Shown piece after piece: positions 35,274 through 42,304 of a DNA stretch of 42,304 nucleotides. This DNA comes from Paraglomus brasilianum. Lineage: Eukaryota. The DNA is taken from the NCBI GenBank assembly GCA_910592345.1, contig CAJVPI010000212.1:1-42304 (forward strand), written 5' to 3'. Numbering within the stretch: position 1 is the first letter of the stretch; each line of letters begins with the position of its first letter. The notes beneath the pieces are model-generated. The model ran no database searches and had not been told where the DNA came from. It saw only the letters and a list, made by a program, of their open reading frames with translations. The translations under genes and the position numbers were made by a program.

Positions 35274-38140
35274 TCACATATGCACAGTATTTTATGAAAC
35301 GAGCAGCTGGGTATACTTGTAATAAAATACTTGATCTGTTCGAATGCATTGTAAATAAGATAAGTAATGTATATATGTGACCAATCTTATATTCAGGAAG
35401 AGAGAGTTTAAAGAATAAAACATGAGTTAGATTAGAGTTTTCAACAGTCGTTGTGAAGTTCCCGAAAAAACTTGTTGTACTCTAAAATACATATTAATGA
35501 TTCGTTCCCTGGTAAACTATATCGGTATAGTTGTAAAACTGTTAATCCATATCGATTAGGAATATCGCTTCTTGTCCTTATAAGTTGAAATGCATTTTTG
35601 TCTCTAACAGAAAGAAATAATTCTCACCCCCCTTTAATTTAGCAATACGCTAATAAAAAGTGTAAGCACATTGCGAGGATCCCCAAAATCGCATTCACTA
35701 TTACTATCGGCCACAAGTTACTATCAAAAAATAAATTTCTTTATTTTCAATAAACATACCTAACGTTAAATTTGTGGGGTTTGAACTAAAACCACGCGCC
35801 ATTAGGCTTGGAATCTGCTCATTTCATCAGAAGTGACATTCAAATCTCCGGATCAATGAACATTGTATGTATCGCTGTCATAAGACACATCTGATCGACT
35901 AGTGTTTATTATCGCTTACACATAAGCTAGGCCAAAGTTGTCGAAGAAAGGTGTGATTAAACTACAATAATTCAAAAAAATGTAATTGTAACATTCAATG
36001 TATAGTATTGATAATCAAAACATTAATCGTAGGCTCATAACATTCGACAAATTGTGCAAACTGAAATCATAGTCGTATGTTTGTCATTAAGTTGTACTGT
36101 ATGACTAGCTCAAAACTGACAATTCGTCAAATGTTAACGTCAATAAAATTGATTTTCAAACGACAATAGAATACATAGTAGTATGACGACGATGAACTAC
36201 CTGCCAGAGGCAGTTAACAAAGACCTTCTAGTTTTTCTAACAATTCCATTCTCCCACGTGCAACAACCAATGGTCATTTTCCTTCTTGAGTCGATTTGCT
36301 TGACAAAATCAAAGCAAGCGTTTGAATCGCCTAATTAACAAATATCAATTGCATCATGAGTAAGACAAGTAGCTGCTCACTAATTAGATATTAACATACT
36401 TTCTCATAGATATTGCTGAATCCTGCACTTTTGTTATCTACTTCTATCCATGGTATGTTGCATCTGTCCAAAGCCAAATGTGATTATGATATCAAGAAGC
36501 ACCATTAGAGTTTGAAACAGCATCAAATGACATTTTTCTTAAACACACATAACCTACTCACATCCTAAATGTCAATAGTTAATAAATATTTCTTATTTTC
36601 AGTCAACCGTTTGACAAACTGTGGGGAGGAGAGAACGTAAATACACCACGATCTTTCATCCAGTTTAGGCCTTGCGTTTGATGTCTCATTAGAACTGACT
36701 AGCAGATTTACAAGGTTGGAGGATGGTATAAGCTGAATTGTAACTATCACAATAACATCTCTTAAATTTCTCATCCTAACTATTGTACGGACGAATTTTC
36801 CTGATCACGAAAATGAAGCAGAAGACCGGGAAGGTTTAAGAAATGATGGGAGAGAAAAAGTAAAAAACATTTTTAACTCCATTTCCTCCGTTTATGTCGA
36901 TAACATAAATAGCTTACTGTAAGGCTTCGGTTATGGCAATTCGTCGAATTGTTTGTTCTTAAGGAATATTTGTATGAAAATTAATTAATTTACAAAAGCA
37001 AATAATTACGCATGTGCCAATTATACTTGCAATCACATTCTACGTCACTGACACAAACACAAGATTTGATTTATATTACAGTATTAGTAATAATGTTTAT
37101 GTTTGTTGACAATAAGGAAATATTGCTTACGTTCCTGTATTACTATTCCTAAGTCTCTCGTTCCATCTGGGATAATTTCATTTGTGCAATGACAATTAAT
37201 AAAAAAAACGTGCCGCGTCCTCTTCACCAAACTTTTTTCTCAACGCACGCTCAACGCATTCCGTCAAGACTACGCAATCTAGATGGTTTGTTTTAAGATG
37301 AGTTCTCAAAGACGAGTGTTCTTACTGAGATTCTGACTGAGGTTTTAGTTTGTTTAGCTACCAGTCGATCCAATAGGGAAATCGAGCTTGCAAAAAATAA
37401 AACTATACCACACCAAAAATAATCTATCGATATTATAGGTGTTTACAATAAAATTATTTTGCACGTATAATATAAGTAATTACGCTATGCCATAATCCAC
37501 AAAATACTGATGCTAGAATGCAAGCTCTGCTTTCTGGTAAAGTATTCAAGTACATGTCATTGAATAATAAATAATTCATACTTGAATGCGTAATTTTACC
37601 TCGCAATGAGAAAAAGTATAATATTTCTTATTATATAATAAATATATTAAAATAACAGGGATTCGTTATTCACATCGTTACATCATGAATTCACGTACAT
37701 CACAATAGTTCTGCCCCTTAAATCTGGATTAACCAATTATATTCTTCTTCCTAAAAAAAGTTGGTTCATTTCGACTACGTTCGTTCAAAGCGGATAATCT
37801 CCAAGTACCAAATACTCAAAGCTAATGGAATGTAATGTTCTAAACTTTGCAATTTTCCATCGCTTGAAATTACACACCCTAAAGATTGATTTGGGACGTG
37901 GTGATGACATTGTCGAACTAGCGTATACTGTCACAAAACTGGAGTCGTCATTATAGTATCATTAATTGATCTAATAAATACTAAATGTTTTACATTACAG
38001 CACACCCTCTTTCAAAATGAATAATGTCCTGACTCTCACTACACACTTTGATCTAAAGGTGACACCAGTCTTAATTTAGCTATACAATATTGGCTCAGAC
38101 AAATTTATCGGAGCAAACCTCCCGCCTTTCAACATTAACA

Positions 38141-40715
38141 ATGTCTCAAGTACCTAAATATTCGCACAAAGAATGGCTAGAGACAAGCATTCGAGATGGT
38201 TCAATTTTTTGCTGTCCAGAAAGTGACATTAAATTAGACGACAAACCTATTGGTCTTGGTGCATCTGGTGCAGTATATAAGGGAACCGTAAATTCAATCC
38301 AAGACAACGTTCTTTCCTCCGGAATGAATGTTGCGGTGAAGACTTTGTTACCAGATAATCAATGCTATTGTGAAGAAGATTTGTACCAACAGTTTGTCGA
38401 AGAGGTAGCCTATTAACTTTCCGTTATGCTTGCCACATTCATATTTGTGTATGCTTTAACTTTGAATGATGTTAGTTAAAACACCACAAGAATGCGAACG
38501 ATCATAACAACATTCTTCGCTTTTATGGCTTGTATAAAGGTACCTTGAATCGATGGTATCCTGTTAACTTGACTACAAATCGTAACATCTTATTTAATGC
38601 ATATAGATAAATATGATAACCATCATCTGATCTTCTCCCTGGCTGACAGAGGAAGTTTACATGAGTACCTAAAGAAAAAGTTCATCGATTTAACTTGGGA
38701 AGACAAATACAAACTGAGCTTAGGAATTACCGATGGACTCAAATATTTACATAAACTTGATATTGTTCACAAAGATTTGGTATTTATCGCACACGCTGTT
38801 TGTATCGTCTGAACTTACGTTACGTTAAACTGACGGGGCATACCGTTTCCTTCTCTAGTCATCGAATAAAATTCTTATCGATTCTCGAGGTGATGCAAAG
38901 ATAACCGATTTTGGATTATCAAGAGTGTTGAAACAAGCCATGTCCAAATCTAGTGGAGATGGCGCTCTCGCATACAAAGATCCGGCATCTTTCAAGAACA
39001 TGTCATATCAAGTTGGAAAAAAATCCGATATATTTAGTCTCGGTGTAATACTATGGGAAGTATCCAGCGGAAAAGTTCCATGCGGAGGACGTACTGCAGC
39101 TGTTGACGTTATTTTGTATAGGCTTGAGGGCTCTCGTGATCCCCCATTTTCTGAAACGCCGGAAGTATATATTGATTTGTATTCAGAATGTTGGCGTGAA
39201 GACCCCAATAAGCGGCCCTTTTGTGAAAGTGTTTATAAGAGGTTGAAGTCTTGTGAAGAAGTGGATCATTTCAACAAATCGTTGAAGATCAATCCAAATG
39301 ATGTATGGGCGTTGAAAAATAGGGGACATGTCTATTTTGATTTAGAGCAGTACGACAGGTCACTGAATGATTTTACCAAATCGTTGGAGATTGAACCAAA
39401 TGACGCATATGCATTGAGTCGAAGAGGAGTTCTCTATATGAATTTACAACAATACGACAATGCACTGAACGATCTCAACAAATCACTGGGTATTGAACCA
39501 AATGACGCATACGCATTGAGTCGAAAAGGAGCTCTCTACCTAAATCTACAACAACACGACAATGCACTGAACAATCTCAACAAATCATTGGAGATTGAAC
39601 CAAATGGCGCATACGCATTGAGTCGAAGAGGAGCTGTTTATCAATATCTAAAACAATACAACACTTCACTGAATGATTTTACCAAATCATTGGAGATTGA
39701 ACCAAATGACACGTATGCATTGAGTCGAAGAGGCGCTGTCTATCGACATCTGAAGCAATACGACAATGCACTGAATGATCTCAATAAATCGTTGGAGATT
39801 GAACCAAGCCATGCATATACATTGAGTCGAAGAGGCGCTGTCTATCGATATCTAAAGCAATACGACAATGCACTGAACGATCTCAACAAAGCGTTGGAGA
39901 TTAAACCGAATGACGCGTTTGCATTGAGTCGAAGAGGAGCTGTCTATCAACACCTGAAACAATACGACAATGCACTGAATGATCTCAACAAATCATTGGA
40001 GATTAAACCAAATGACGCATTTGCATTGAGTCAAAGAGGAGCTGTCTATCAATATCTAAAACAATACAACAATGCGCTGAACGATCTCAACAAATCATTG
40101 GGGATTAAACCAAATGACTCCTATGCATTGAGTCGAAGAGGCGCTGTCTATCGACATCTGAAACAATATGACAATGCAATGAACGATCTCAACAAATCGT
40201 TGGAGATTGAACCAAACGACTCATATGCATTGAGTCGAAGAGGAGCTGTCTATCAACATCTGAAACAATACAACAATTCACTGAACGATCTCAACAAATC
40301 GTTGGAGATTAAACCAAATGACGCATATACACTGAGTGAAAGGGGAGCTATCTATCGATATCTGAAACAATACAACAATTCACTGAATGATTTCAACAAA
40401 GCGTTAGAGATTGAACCAGACGACGCATATGCATTGAGTCGAAGAGGAACTGTCTATCGACATTTGAAACAATACGACAATGCACTAAATGATCTCAACA
40501 AAGCGTTGGAGATTAAGCCAAATGACGCATTTGCATTGAGTCGAAGAGGAGCTGTCTATCAACATCTGAAACAATACGACGATTCACTGAATGATCTCGA
40601 CAAATCGTTGGAGATTAAACCAAATGACGCATTTACATTGAGAACAAAAGGAAAAGTTCATACGTTGTTTACGCATCGTGATATGGACGGTAGTGCAGAT
40701 GAGTTGGATTATTAA
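38141..40715 (+). CDS. Protein kinase (TKL-like) fused to a C-terminal TPR array, copy B; exons 38141-38404, 38476-38539, 38607-38779, 38859-40715; about 785 aa
   Basis: Same intron positions and kinase motifs as copy A (HKDL|SSNKIL, DFG, YKDP), followed by 13 full TPR units and one partial unit. Confidence 0.92.
39303..40628 (+). repeat. 13 x 102-bp TPR-coding tandem repeat (consensus about AYALSRRGAVY[R/Q][H/Y]LKQYDNALNDLNKSLEI[E/K]PND)
   Basis: Exact 102-nt periodicity. Confidence 0.95.
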
Positions 40716-41115
40716 AGTAGTTGTTTATTTACTTACTTATTTATTATAAAGCGTTTTACATTTATGTGTACAAAGTTTCAGCAATTAGAGCTGTTATTTG
40801 GAATCTGTGTGGTTGCTGCAAACCAAATTTTTTATGATATAAGGGTAATTCTTTTCGCTGACAATTATAGCTCATGTACGTCCACAAAATATTTTATTTA
40901 TTTATTACCATATAAACGTTACTTGATATATAATTGTTGTGATAAGAAAATAAAGTCTCTTAAATTTCTCCTCGCTATTGTTAATACTGTTAATACTGCT
41001 TAATATTTTGATTAGATATCCTGATTATGATGAGTAAGATAACACACAAATCGCCAAGTTACACAACGATACATATATCTAAGCGCACAGAATATTTCTT
41101 AACAGTTATTCGAAA

Positions 41116-42290
41116 ATGAATGACATAGTGGATGTAGTTAATTTATCTTCAAGCCTTTCCTCCGACTTTGAAAAATTCTATGAAAGCGGCAACTATACAG
41201 ACATTTCAATTAATGTCGGAAAAGAACCAAACAACAAATTATTTCTTGCTCATACGGTCGTTTTGTGTGCAAGAAGTGCATTTTTCGAAAGCAAGTTAAC
41301 CGAGTCACCTAATGCTATTCAACAGGCCGTGACATTCGAAGACGTGACGCCCGAATCTTTTGAATTTTGCTTAGGTAATACTGTACTTCGTGCTGTTTTG
41401 CAGTTATCGACAGATAGTTGTTTCAAAGAACGTTGCTTATTATTATGGAACTATTTTTTTTATAGATTTATTTACACGGGAAGAGTGAGTCACCGTTCCA
41501 GTGAGGTTATAAATTGGATTGGTCTTGTAGAAGCCGCTTGCAGATTTCAATTAGATGACCTTGCTATCACCGTCGGAGACTATCTGATTAATCAACAAAA
41601 GGAATGGATACAAAGTAACATTCTTGCAATTCATAAATGTGCTTCATCTTCATGCTTACTATACAAGCTGTTGGATTGTTGCAATCAAATGATATTGTCA
41701 ACACCAGAGGTTATCTTTAAATCTGATGATTATCTCACTTTGCCAAAAGAGACCTTGATCACTCTTCTCAAACATGATGAGCTTAATATGAAAGAAATTG
41801 ATATATGGATATCAGTAATAGAGTGGGTGACTAAGCAAGTTCCAGGACTCATAAATGATCCAGACAGTTGGTCTTCTGATGATGTTATCACCCTCAGGGC
41901 AATTATGTCTGATTTTATTCCTCACATAAGATTTTTAATATCCCATTGGAAGAGTTTAATAAGAAAATTGTTCCATATGATGAATTATTAACAAAAAAGT
42001 TACGACATGACATACTTCATTATCATATTGAAAAAGACTACAAACCAAATATTCCAATGTTATCACACAGGAAAGTTCAAGCAACTGATTATGATATGCC
42101 TAAAAGAAAGTATGAAACTCCTGCTATCAAACCTGATATTAAACCTAATATTAATTCTGTTGTCATCAATGAAGAACAAGCAGCATGGATATCACAGAAA
42201 ATTATGGAATCAACACAACACCACAATGCTGTGAACGGCGATTTTGTAAAACGGCGATTTGATCATGTGATCGCTGCGGTACTGAGATAG
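41116..42290 (+). pseudogene. BTB/POZ-BACK protein (BTB-BACK-TLDc family) with two apparent 1-bp deletions and a truncated or absent TLDc; pseudogene or assembly errors
   Basis: Motifs: YTDISINVG..FLAHTVVLCARSAFF, FIYTG, LKHDELNMKEIDIWISVIEW, FIPHIRF. Intron 41375-41465 is one base out of phase, and there is a frame switch at about 41935 into NIPLEEFNKKIVPY. Confidence 0.78.
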
Positions 42291-42304
42291 AGTGATGATC
42301 ATTT

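Noticed and set aside
35770..35815. tRNA or SINE-like B-box (GTTCAAACCCC on the minus strand)
   Set aside because: No cloverleaf and no properly spaced A-box.

Overview
AT-rich, intron-containing fungal DNA. The gene content points to Glomeromycotina or a related Mucoromycota lineage (inference, not a database result). A conserved core of TOP2 (+, 18 exons) and a convergent SPN1/IWS1 (-, 4 exons) is flanked by two decayed protein-kinase pseudogenes and by accessory DNA. The accessory DNA holds two divergently oriented 4-exon kinase-TPR paralogs (16 and 13 full 102-bp TPR units), three tandem Cys-rich secreted/GPI-type small proteins, a spliced small secreted peptide missed by the ORF track, a frameshifted BTB-BACK gene and several MITEs, some nested. 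The kinase-TPR pair is the most interesting element. Each repeat array is homogenised within its own gene but differs from the other at ligand-facing residues. Both kinases have a non-canonical catalytic loop (HKDLSS[D/N]K) and share a C-terminal HRDM[E/D]GSADE tail. One array shows strong CpG decay that also changes its amino acids.
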